Source of the DNA: Owenia fusiformis
Taxonomy: Eukaryota
Assembly (NCBI GenBank): GCA_903813345.2
Contig: CAIIXF020000001.1
Location: forward strand, 34,348,001-34,412,000
DNA: 64,000 nt
Reading direction: 5' to 3'
Positions 38,604 to 50,819 of this stretch are shown here, one piece after another. The translations under genes and the position numbers were made by a program. Numbering within the stretch: position 1 is the stretch's first letter; the number at the start of each line of letters is the position of its first letter. The notes under the pieces are model-generated. The model was not told the origin of the DNA, did no database searches, and saw nothing but the letters and a program-made list of their open reading frames with translations.

Positions 38604-38656
38604 AGTAAATCAATCTGGAGTCTTAAATTGAACTTTGTTCAATTTACCAATCTAGT

Positions 38657-41167
38657 TATTATTAGACTCCAGATGAAAATCTGGAGTCTATTGTTTATGC
38701 CTCTTTTCTTATTCTTATTCTTCTTTTACTGGTCACGTTTTCTCAACAACTATAAGGTATCTATTCAAGACATTTATATGGTCAATTAAGGTACAGTATC
38801 TAGTTGGTGGGAAATGGGGTTAAATTTTTATCTAGGTCAAAGGTCAAGAACTAGGTCAAATCTTACATTTTCAACCTTCTGTCTATTATCTTCGTCGTTA
38901 TTTATCGAAACAACTTTGTCTTTTTTTCATCATGTAGCTTAGAAACAGCCCTTTCATAAGTGTGCCATCAGATTTTTGATTACTGTTACCAATCTTGAGA
39001 TATGGCGTCCGGAAAGTAGGTCAGAACAGAAAATTCTCCAAATTCAACATTTGAGTTATGAAATAAGTGGAGAATGATCTCAGGAATCCGAATATTCAAA
39101 CCAAATTTGGATTGGACTTCAGGTTCGGAAGTTATGGCGTTTTGAAAGCTCAAAAATCGCTAAATTTGGTGCCCATGTTCAGTCAATGGGAAAAAACGAT
39201 TTTTTTGAAATGAAAAATACGAAATATAGACTGAGTTCAGCTAAATATTATGAAAGTTTTTAAAAGAATGGGACCTCAAAAGCCATCTAGCTTCAAAATT
39301 TGGATACCAAAATGCCTAGGTCAAAATCTAGGTCAAATTCAAAGTTTTTCCTTATTTTTGCGATTCTGTCACTACACTTTAATTATATTCTTCGAAACTT
39401 TGTATACATGTAGCCAAGAGTATGCTAATAGTGTTAGCCTTTTGCCGTCAGTAAGTATATTGACCCACTTTTGAGATATGGTGTCCGAAAAGTAGGTCAA
39501 AATAAAAAATTCTCCAAACTCAACGTATGAGTTATGAATTAAGGATAGAATTTTCTCAGGAATCCGAATCTACAAACCAAATTTTGATCCAACTTCCGGT
39601 TCGGAAGTTATGACGTTTTGAAAGCTCAAAAATCGCCAAATTTGGTGCTCCATATTATGTCAATGGGAAAAAAGATTTTTTTGAAGTGTAAAATACTAGA
39701 TATGGACTGAGTACAGCTTAACATAATGAACGTCTATGAAAGAAGGGGACCTCGAAGGCTACTTAGGTCCAAAATTTGGACACCAAAATTCCTAGGTCAA
39801 AATCTAGGTCAAATTCATAGTTTTCCTTATTTTTGTGATTATGACACTATATTTAGATGATTTGCTTCAAAACTTTGTATACAGGTTGGAAAGAGAGTGC
39901 TTGTAGTGTTAGCCCTTTGCCGTCAGAAAGTATTTCGACCCACTTTTGAGATATGGTGTCCCAAATATAGGTCAAAATATTAAATTTTCCAAATACAACG
40001 TATGAGTTATGAATTAAGGGTAGAATTTTCTCAGAAATCCGAATCTGCAAGCCAGATTTCAATCCAACTTCCAGTTCAGAAGTTATGGCGTTTTGAAATC
40101 TCGAAAAACCGATATGACAATATCCCTATGTTAAGTTAATGGGAAAAATGAAAATACATGAATTGAAAAATACCAGATACAGACTGGATTCAAATAAAAT
40201 TAGAGATGAACTACAATAGTTAGAGGACCAGTAAAGCTAACCTAATTCAAAATTTGGACACTTGAATGCCAAGGTCAAAAACTAGGTCAAATCTATGATT
40301 TTTCTTGTTTTTACGATCCTGACACTACAATTAAATATTTGTTTTTGAAATTTAGTATACAGATAGCCAAGAGTATGCTAATAGTTCAAATTTAACATAT
40401 GAGCTATGACTTAAGGGTAGAATTTTCCCAGGAATCCGAATCAGCAAACCAAATTTCAATCCGACTTTCGGTCCGAAAGTGATGGCATTTTGAAAGCTCA
40501 AAAATCGCTAAATTTGGTCCCCCATGTTATGTCAATGAGATAAAAGATTTTTTTGAAGTGTAAAATACCAGATATAAACTGAGTACAGCTTAACATTCTG
40601 AAAGTCTATAAAAGAAGGGAACCTCGAAGGCTATTTAGCTTTGAAATTTGGACACCAAAATGCCTAGGTCAAAATCTAGGTCAAATTCATAGTTTTTCCT
40701 TATTTTTGCGATTCTGCTATTACACTTTAATGATTTGCTTCGAAATTTTGTATACAGGTAGCGAAGAGTGTGCTTATAGCGTCAGCCTTTTGCCGTCAGA
40801 AAGTATTTTGACCCACTTTTGAGATATGGTGTCCAAAATGTAGGTCAAAATAAAAAGTTCTCCCAATTTAACGTATGAGTTATGAATTAAGGGTAGATTT
40901 TTCTCAGGAATCCGAATCTTTAAAGCAAATTTCAATCCAATTTCTGGTTAGATAGTTTTTGCAATTTGAAGTCTCGAAAAGTCGATATGATGATATCCCC
41001 ATGTTAAGCCAATGGAGTCGAAGATAACATTCTTAAGGGTTGTCTAAATGTCTATATTCTAGCTGACTCAGCTTATTCTGGATGACTCAGCTTACAAGTT
41101 CTGGATGACTTAAAAAAAGTTTGAAATCTGGAGTCTTAAATTGAACTTTTCAATTTACATGTCTAGT
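38657..41167 (+). mobile_element. Helentron-type element A3, head-to-tail after A1
   Basis: Uninterrupted 5' hairpin at 38663-38690, four ~476-bp-type units, 3' CTAGT at 41163. Confidence 0.8.
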
Positions 41168-42425
41168 TATTTATGATATACACCACGTTCCTGGTCTGGA
41201 CTTGTCATTTTATGCCTTGTTTATACACAGTTTACTTACAGTTAATATTTTGAGTGGCTCTGAGGCACATGTACTGAGAAAACACGAGAATGGACCAAAA
41301 ATTATGAACTTGGATATCTCAGTCGGTAGGTTTACAGCTTATATTCTGTTTCTTGTAGACCACCTGGCAGATTTGATCCCGGAGTCTTTATAACCATCCA
41401 TATATATGTCACAGAATGGAAGTAGTTTAAAAGGAAATCTTATCTGTGAATATTGCCTACAGGCGAGAAAGAGGACATGCTGCCTTTCACATCCACCATT
41501 TTTTGTTATCGTTACCGCAAAATTTTGCAAATCGCATTGACGTAACCGTTATGCCATAACACCGTTAATATTCTAAAAACTGATTGATGTATCTATCTTA
41601 TGTCTGGTAGAAAACTAGAAATAAATGTAAAATGGATTTTACGTTCAGAAATATGGAATTAAACCCACGTCCTCCATTTACAACTGAACTTTACCCTGTT
41701 TCCCTTTTAAACATGGTCACGTGGTAAGGTAGTGTGATAGGGTAGTGGAATTCGAGCGTGAAAAAGTTTCTCGATAATCGAAGATTCACTTCAGAAATAC
41801 TGACGAATCTGGCATTCTGATTGGTCAGTTTTCCTGCATTCTCAAGTCACCTTTCAGACTCTAAACTGAGTTTTTAGAAATGGCACTTGTTACATACATC
41901 TCTCGGTTTTTTTTCTGGACGGATTTCTTAATTTATGGCATCATTGTCTGTCTGAGAACAGTGGTAATGCGAACAGTACTTAGTACTTTGAAAGCAATCT
42001 AGTAATGACTAAAGCCTGAGACCTAAAACGTCAGTGTAAAGGATGAATCAAACCCAATATTTTTGCAAGAAGCCCAGGCAAGAAGACGATGCTATTTATG
42101 AAACGATGAAATAAAACTAAAAACATGTCTGGTTTTATATAATTCTCGCCTCTGGAATGTCTGGAGAGTACCTTAGTACGTTTTTGTCTTTTGCCCAATA
42201 TAAGTGAAACTTTGAGATCCCTTGAGGGTAATTGCACACGACAGAATTTAAATGCATGCGAGGAAATGTTTATTTTATATATGTTCTTCTAATATGAATA
42301 AAAAATTGATGCCATCTCTTTATTTAATATTGCTGAAATTATGTACAAGGGGGGGCGGGGGGTCTGTTGCATTTCACAATTTCAGGGAAAATAGGCTGTA
42401 ATCAGCCCTTGTGCCCTGGAGTAGA

Positions 42426-43729
42426 AACAAAAACACAAATGAGTACAAAATGACCCCACCTATAGGTGATCCCGTCAAATGGTTATCCTAAAAATGAGTA
42501 GACAAGACTTTACCAACACAATTTGGGGACGGAAAATCCAAAATACCCAGAATGCCAAAAATAAGTCAGTTCTAGATGTTCATACTAAGAACCACCCCTG
42601 AAATTGATCCGTCACACAGTTAACCAGAAAACATGTAAACAAAACTTTATAGACAAGATTTTAGGACAGAAAATCCAAAATGGCTGCCTTGACATTTATC
42701 CAGAATGCCAAAAAACTAATCTGTTCTAGATTTTCATACTAAGAATCATCCCTGAAAATTTGAAATTGATCTACCAAACGGTTCACCTGGAAATGCGTAG
42801 ACAAGACTTTACAGACAAGATTTTAGGACGGAAAATCCAAAATGGCTGCCTTGACATTTACCCAGAATGCCCAAAAACTGATCAGATGTAGATTTTCATA
42901 CTAACAATCATACCTGAAAATTTGAAATTGATCCACCAAACGGTTCACCTGAAAACGCGTAGACAAGACTTTACAGACAAGATTTAAGGACAGAAAATCC
43001 AAAATGGCTGCCTTGACATTTACCCAGAATGCCCAAAAACTAATCAGATCAAAATTTTCATACTAAGAATCATCCCTGAAAATTTGAAATTGATCTACCA
43101 AACGGTTCACCTGAAAACGCATAGACAAGACTTTACTGACAAGATTTTAGGACGGAAAAATCCAAAATGGCCGACAATAAAAAAGTGATTATGAGTTTTT
43201 GCTGATTTCTTTTTACAAAATTATCACATATAACTACTGTTAACAATAACATAGGCTTTAACAACAAAGTACACCTGAAATTATTTATAAAGCTACTAAA
43301 TAGTTAAAGTATGAAAACTGAAAACACCATTCAATATGATACAAAGTATTATCGTGCGCTAACTTTTCATCGAACATTCAAAATGGCTGACATGACTGAG
43401 CTAACAGGTCCAAAACCTAATCATATCTAGAATGAAGTGAGCTGAACAAGATGTTAAGTTTTAAAAGCAACTGTGAAGCTGTTTTTCTTAAAGTTTGCAG
43501 ACAAGGATTTTAGCATTTGACTTCAAAATGGCCGACAGGAAGTAGGAATTGAATTTTCATCCACATCTATATGCACTCATAAGTTACCTCTGAAAATTTG
43601 AAGGTGATATCTGTAGCAGTTTTGGAGAAAACTGCCGGACGTACGGACAGACAAAGAAGGGACAGACAGATGCACAGACGGACTAGGCCGACAATATGGC
43701 CCCACACTATGTGGTGGGGACATAATAAA
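42426..43729 (-). mobile_element. Helentron-type family C, full copy with 162-bp tandem repeats
   Basis: Repeat anchors at 42652, 42814, 42976 and 43138. GACA/GGAC microsatellite and hairpin CCCCACACTATGTGGTGGGG at the right end. SubTIR TG(T/A)CCCCACC near the left end. Confidence 0.85.
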
Positions 43730-43881
43730 CGATATTAAGGACAAAATATTTCATGTCATTAAAATTAAACCCGTATACTTCATAATTGTACTTACTAGGA
43801 TGTTATATGATAAGTTAGTACAATTATGAAGTATTTTTTATAAATAACGGGTTTAATTTACTTACTAGGATGTTATATGAT

Positions 43882-46552
43882 GAGCAAAAATAAGATGGGC
43901 GGAAGAAGGTGAAAAACAATCTAGTTATTTCCTGAAGTGAGAAAAAAGAAATTTTGCAAAAAAGAACATCACACAACTGAATACAGACGATGGCAGGGAA
44001 CTTAATGATCCTGAAGAAATAAGGAAAGAAAGTGCAAGGTTCTATGAAGAACTGTACAGAAGCAGGCTCCCAAACATTAGGCAGCACTCAGAAACATTCT
44101 TCCCTGCTATAAAATCAATCACCAGTCTCACAGAAGAGGAAAAACAGAGCTGCGAGGGCTATATTACCTTAGAAGAAATAACAACACAGATCAAGTCCCT
44201 GAAGACCGGGAAGTCACCAGGTAGCGACGGCTTAACAAGCGAATTTTATAGATGTTTCCAAGAACCAGTTGTGCCAATACTGGTAAAAAGCTACAAGGAA
44301 GCATGGATAGAGAAGAATTATCAACCGAACAAAAAAGAAGCATTATAACCCAACTACCTAAAAAAGACCGTGACATTCTACGCCTATTAAATTGGCGACC
44401 AATATCATTGCTAAACACAGACTTTAAAATAATTACAGGATGTCTAGCAGAAAGAATGAAAGCCCATTTAACAAAAATAATTAACGAAGACCAAACAGGT
44501 TTTATTAAAGGGAGAAATATATCAGAGAATATTAGACTCATAATAGACTGTATGGAACACCTTAAATCAAACAATGAATCTGGCATAATGCTTTTCATCG
44601 ACTTTGAAAAAGCTTTTGACACAGTGGAATGGAAATTTATTGATCGGACGCTAGATTACTTCAATTTTGGACCAGACTTTAGAAAATGGATCAAAACCAT
44701 ATACAACGATGCAAAAAGCTCAGTAATAAATAACGGGTATACATCACGCTACTTTAACCTGAACAGAGGAGTACGACAGGGATGCCCCCTAAGTCCGTAT
44801 TTATTTATTCTATGTGCCGAAATATTGAGTGAATCAATCAGAAGAGATGAAGAAATTGAAGGCATACAAATACCAGATGGAGAAGTAAAGATTTCACAAT
44901 ACGCGGATGATACATCAGTCTTTGTAAGAAATATTGCATCCGCGAAAAAAGTAATTAAAAATTTCAGAAATTTTGGAGAAATCTCAGGACTGAACATCAA
45001 TCTCCACAAAACAGAAGAAGCCGTGATAGGCAGAGAAAATGCACTATTACAGCAACAAGTAAGAGATGAAAGCATGGCATCAGGGCTAAAATACCAAGAT
45101 AAAGATATAAAAGTCCTTCGTATAACCATTCCTTTAGATGGAAGGGACATAAACACTTTAAATTTCCCAGAGAAAAGAAACAAAATTCAAGGACTTATTA
45201 GAGCATGGAAAAGTAGAAACATCACACCTCTAGGAAAAATAATGATGATAAAATCACTCCTCGTATCTCAGCTGACATATCTATGTACAGTGCTCACACC
45301 AACAGATGACTTTATCAAAGAAATAGAAAACATGTTTTTCAACTTTATATGGGATGAGAAGCCAGACAAAATTGGAAGAAAGATAATGATGAACGAACAA
45401 GAGAGAGGTGGCCTAAACATGATCCACTTACAATCATACGTAAAAAACCTAAGCATCAAATGGATAAAGAAATATATAGACCCTACATATAGTGGCAAAT
45501 GGAAGAAGATATGGAACTACTACCTGAAGAACCTGACGCAGGGAGAAGTATGGGCTTTGAACCTTTCAAAAAATAGTGACAAAATAAATGTTTTAGACTT
45601 AAGGTACCTGAAGACAGTCTACAAAAATTGGTGCAGTCTAAAATATCAAACAATTCCGGATACTAGAAACCCAGAGCAACAATCATTATGGCACAATGAA
45701 CAGATAAAAATCAATGGAGAAATCATGAAAAACGAAGTATGGATACAAAAAGGTATTGAATTTATAAAAGACATACAGGACGAAAATCGATTCCTCACAG
45801 CAGCAGAATTAGGCCATAAATATGATATTATTATGAACCAAAGGAATACTTTGAAATATAACAGTATAATTACAGCCATCCCCCAAAATTGGAAAAGAAA
45901 ATTAAGACACCCGAGAGAAAATGAAGCTAAAAAGAAACCGAGAATCCGAATGTCACAATTAACACAGAATGGTTAAAAAAGACAAACAATAAAGAAGTTT
46001 ACAAGATTTTACTAAAAAAGAACAATGCTGTGAAACTGCCAAAGAAGATGGAAGATAAGTGGCAAAACAAACTGCAACTACAAAATCCATTGATGTGGGC
46101 TAAAATCCACAAAAATAGAAAAAAATATTCTCAGGACAAAAGAGAAATATTTCCAAATAAAAATATTCTTCCGGATACTATACTATAACAAACAACTAAA
46201 ACAAATGAACATAGATGGCTATAACACTGATATATGCAGTCTATGCCGTAGTGACATAGATACTTTAGAACATGTAATATACCATTGTGAGGCCGTACAA
46301 GACTTCCTAATAACATCTTTCAACCAACTTGACGAAGATATAGCCACAATTGAGAAATTCCTTTTCGGAGATGGAAAAACAGAAAACGAACATATATTCC
46401 TGAAACAAAAGATATTCCTAAACACATGTAAAAGGAAAATAAGGAGACCTAATATGATAGGCTGGCAAAACTTCCTAAAAACAGAGAAAAAAATAGAAGA
46501 AAGCATCAGCCAAAGAAGAAAAAACCTGAACTTATGGAACAGCAATGGTTGA
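43882..46552 (+). pseudogene. Disrupted LINE ORF2 (reverse transcriptase + CCHC finger; endonuclease domain absent)
   Basis: WAEEGEKQSSYF, GKSPGSDG, NWRPISLLNTD, DFEKAFD, GVRQGCPLSP, QYADD (44897-44911) and CSLCRSDIDTLEHVIYHC. One stop near 43938; frameshifts near 44305 and after ~45950. Confidence 0.92.
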
Positions 46553-46835
46553 AACTCAAACATTTCATAACGTAGTAAAATACACACTGGGAACATAAAA
46601 AAAACCTCACCAAGCTCAAACCATCGAGCAGAAAATCACAAAAAGTCCCCCTCTTGCCTTTTCCCCTGCCCCCCCTTCCCTTCCTCTTTTTATCAAAACT
46701 ACTATGCTAAATAAGGCTAATATTATATATAAATACAATATTATAGCATATGCAACTACTGTATGTTTTCTTTCTACAATATTGTATTTGTACAACTTTT
46801 TATACAGAATAAAAAAAAAAAAAAAGAAAAAAAAA
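43882..46835 (+). mobile_element. 5'-truncated L1/Tx1-type non-LTR retrotransposon
   Basis: AATAAA running into poly(A) at 46808-46835. 15-bp TSD AGGATGTTATATGAT (43867-43881, 46836-46850). Confidence 0.93.
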
Positions 46836-48713
46836 AGGATGTTATATGATTTAATTCGAATTTGAAATCCGGATTGTTAAGATTTTTAAAAATAACCATT
46901 GTTAAAAAAAATATTGGCATTCTATACAGCAAATGCCGTATCGTCGTTCAAATGCGATATAATCACACTACTATACCTAACACCTAGAAATGCATAAGAT
47001 ACTTTGTTTGTCTAATTGAATTGTTTAGTATATTTTTGAAAGTACCTTATTTAACATCTATTATTCAACCGATAAACCATTTATAAGGAACAGACAAATA
47101 AAAACAAATACATAATCATCACTAATAAGCCAAATGGGTTGCTCATGAACATCAAATGCAAGGTATAGTAGAGTGATAATACGGCAATCGAACCCATCGT
47201 CTCCACTGTATAAAGGGATTAAAAACAGAATGTGTATGTATGGAAAACAAAATAAATGTCTGAAGTCATTATGCTTAATTGGTTTACTTTTTGGTCTTAT
47301 TAGCCTTGCCTAAGTCTGTCTCTTACTTATTTTGATTTTTATTATGACCGCCTTGTACAAATGAGAAAGTCACGTGCTTACCAACACAATGTTGGTAAAG
47401 GATAGGTATCGATATGGCGAACTGAATTCAACAATTTTTTTCTCTTAAACCAATTATTGAAAACATTATGTAAAAAAACACGGTCCTTTATGTAATGTTG
47501 ACAGATTGGCAACAATTTAATGCAAAAATTATTTATATATATTTTATATAACTGTTTCTGTTAACATTTTTTGTTTTTTAGTGCAATTGTTTTTTGTTCC
47601 TTTCTACCAATTCTTGAGAATGAAATAAAATGTCTTTCCGAACCTTTTTGGAACAAAATAGCATATAGTATGTAGAACATTCTCAATATTATAGTTATAC
47701 AAAGGAAATTTTGGTTGATTTTACAAAAAGAATGCAAAAACTTAAAACAAACCACCCAAATAAGATAAAAATTAAGATAAACCTTTTATATCATTAACAA
47801 GATACTTTTTTAAAATCAACCAAACTTTCCTTTGTACAATTACAATATTGAGAGACCTACTGTAAACACGTTGTGTTTCTGTCGTTTTGTTCCAATGAGG
47901 TTCGGATAGATGTTTCCTTTCATTCCGAACATATGATACCAAGAACAAAAGAAGTGTCTGATGTGTTTTCTAAAACAATATAGAGAAAAGTACATATATA
48001 TATTTCAAATTATAATGTTAACATACAAAAGATGACCATTAAATTGATGATGTGTAAAATTTTCAAAATGTTTGTTCACCATATCAATACCACTCCTTTG
48101 ACCAATTAACGACGGCCCTGCAGCGTTAGCTTATTATTATGCACTGTCAAAACAAGTACACTTTTTACGAAAAAATCTTGCACAGATTCATCATGAAAAT
48201 ACAAATATTTTATCAGATAAATATCAACCAGAGCCAAGTGGATGTCGGAGCATCGATCGGATACCCAGAGGTGAGAAGATTTCAACAAGAAACGTTGAAA
48301 AGTTTGCTGAAATGATCGAACATGACAGCTAGATCTAGGCTGAGATTCAGATCAATCACGACTACATGGACTAGGTCTTCGTGCATTTTCATAGTGAATT
48401 CAGTTTTAAATCAACATTGAATCGCATGATTTAATTGTTTACATCCAATGTACATTTAAATTCATAATACATGTATATTGTAACTCTGACATAATGTCTG
48501 AAGAAATACTCGATCAGATACCGAGATCAGATCATTGAAAATTTCAAGTCGTAAATAGGAATTTTGCTTCGTTTATGCAGGTAAACCTGACAGTGTTTTG
48601 ATTGGTCAATCAGCCTGAGTCACATGTCGTATCATGATTTCACGATTTTGCGATACCACTGACAGTGTCGGAATTATGGAAATCTCGAAACCGCTGAATT
48701 ACTTATCATAATA

Positions 48714-49080
48714 TCAGCGGGAATTCATTAGATTGTACAAGGCGTATATTAGAGAGAATATGGTAAGTTCTTTGAATAATGGAGCATGTATTATCAAGGT
48801 ATGTTTTCCTAAAACTATGCAAACAAATCTTTTTTGGATCATGTGTATCTTGGTTATGAAAGATTTGTAGTTATCATTACCCCAAATGATATTGCAGTAC
48901 ATTGATCTGAGAGTGAATAATTACCCCATACAAGACCTCAATGCACTGAGAAATCTTTTTTCTAAGTAGTTTTCGATATGCCCTTTGAATATTCAATTGG
49001 CATCAATTACTATTCCTCTGAAAGATAGGGTGCTCTGTTGCTTGACTTTGGTGTCATTTATTTTGAGGAAGTGGATGTTT
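48714..49080 (-). pseudogene. Old CR1-group LINE fragment (region C-terminal to RT)
   Basis: YCNIIWG..KIHMIQKRFVCIV..HAPLFKELTIF matches the YCxxxWG..QKRxxRxI..PLFxxLxIL motif. Confidence 0.65.
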
Positions 49081-49397
49081 GATAATTGTACCAGAATAGT
49101 GCCATCTTGTAAGTGAAACATGGTGCAAACATTACGTGGTCAGTACATGAAATTCACTGTGACTGCTCGCAGGGACATCGCAGACTGCGATTTGTTAATG
49201 AAAAGGTCCCAGTTATTTCGAAGTCACATGGTGGCTGTGACGTCGCAGGTTGAAGAATGAGGCCTCTACACCTGTGACCTACATGATGACCAAAAAGAAG
49301 ACCCGCAGGTGGCAAGGATTTTCCTAATTTGGACCATGAAATCTTGAAGATACCAACAGTTCCAAAAATTCTCATGATCTGACCTAGGAAGCCAATG

Positions 49398-50505
49398 CAG
49401 TACTGTCAACCCCCAAAGATTTTCTCATGGGACAGATTTTTTAGACCCAGTGCCCAACATACACGGGATTTTGCGGGACATCCACCTAAATTTGCGGGAT
49501 TTTGCGGGACATTTCAGGGATTTGCATGAGTGCCAATAGGCCAAATTTTGATCAAATTCGCGGGATTTCGCGGGTCTTTGCGAGGGACAAACACGCTAAT
49601 TGAAGGACAGTTAACAGGGTAACCACCAAAGACTTCATAGCAGGACAGATTTTTTTAGACAGTGCCCTAAATTTGCGGGATTTCGTGGGACATCCACCTA
49701 AATTTGCGGGATGTGGCGGGACATTCGAGAGATTTGCGTGATTGGGACTTTATGTAAAAGTACTCAAATCAAACTTTCGATACTGATTTATCAAATATAA
49801 TGCACTTAACTTAAATAAACGTCTACACAATTTCACACAATACTCATAGAAATATTATTAAACTTTATTGCAATTTATCAAAAACAAAAACCACCAAGTG
49901 TGAGTGCACTTGTGGCGTTCGTGACCAACTATGAAATGCTTAACCTCCATAGTGTTATATATTAAAATGTATCTATTCATCGATTAATCTACATTAAATT
50001 AGTCAGGTTTCTTTTCGAGATATCAGTGTCCATTTATTGTAACTCGCGTTTGCTAACACTTACACAGTTCTGAGATGAAGGCCACCCACGTAGTAAAAAG
50101 GCCAACGTGAGAACTATTTGTGACTTACATCCCTATTTTAGTAATTAAAATGAAAGTTGAATGCTTCCTCTTTATTTTTTTTGATAGGTACAGTTTTTTA
50201 AATGGACTATATGCTCTTTCCAAAAGCAGTCTTTGATGATCTGATCAGTGATGCACGGGGAGTTTGGCAGCACTTTTCAAATTAAGTATACTTTACTCCT
50301 CAAAAGTGCAAAAAACTTAGCTTCTTATATCACAAGATAATCACAATTATTTAGCCTAGGGGATTGCAACAATTTTGGAAAATCGCAGAGGTCAAAGTCA
50401 AACATTTGCGGGACTTCACGGGACATTGTGGAACACGCGAATTAGCCAAATTTTGATCAAATTCGCGGGATAAACCCGCCATTCTCTGGACACTTGACAG
50501 CTCTG
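49398..50505. mobile_element. hAT-like element with 6-bp TSD
   Basis: Ends CAGTACTGTCAA / TTGACAGCTCTG. TSD CCAATG (49392-49397, 50506-50511). Repeated GCGGGA motifs. Confidence 0.8.
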
Positions 50506-50750
50506 CCAATGTAACCTAAACTTCATTTTATTTTATTGTCACTGCTGAGTCCAAAATCCATACCTCCTTCTTCCCCCCTCTAATTATGCGCCAGCAAATC
50601 AAATTGCGAGTTCTTAATCGGGAAAATGCTAATTGCTTATTGCAGGGGGTAAAAAGAAAGAAGTATTCTGTATTTTGAAGCCCTGTGATCGGAGGATGAT
50701 ATAATACTAGTACATCTATCAATGTCATGACTCAATTTAATTGCTCTTAC

Positions 50751-50819
50751 CATTTTTCAGCTTTGAAATTTTCCCTCTTCTTGGGGAGTTTCCACTTCTG
50801 TCTTTTCTGGATTTCTTGC
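50751..50819 (-). CDS. Candidate host-gene exon 2 (KKSRKDRSGNSPRRGKISKLKN), phase 1-1
   Basis: Acceptor gatttgtAG, donor tgGTaaga. 69 nt, open. Lies in a unique island. Confidence 0.55.

Larger units (their letters stand above)
33516..38656 (+). mobile_element. Helentron-type element A1 (outer; body 36516-38656), ~476-bp internal repeats
   Basis: 5' hairpin TAGACTCCAGAT..ATCTGGAGTCTA. 3' subTIR ATCTGGAGTCT, hairpin AAATTGAAC/GTTCAATTT and CTAGT at 38652. Confidence 0.8.
25213..41736 (+). mobile_element. Transib-like family E, copy 2, expanded by nested insertions
   Basis: 25213-25550 matches 1273-1610, 26785-26950 matches 2070-2235, and 41600-41736 matches 2268-2404, all collinear. No clean TSD. 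Confidence 0.65.

Noticed and set aside
41240..41273. 34-nt minus-strand exon candidate with good splice sites
   Set aside because: Has a stop in the phase required by the host-exon chain and lies inside nested TEs.
41403..41485. GSSLKGNLICEYC as a RAG1/Transib zinc-binding remnant inside family E copy 2
   Set aside because: Only a CxxC in a short frame, with no flanking catalytic motifs. Not enough to claim a RAG-like gene.
43824..46596. Minus-strand ORFs over the LINE
   Set aside because: Antisense shadows of ORF2.
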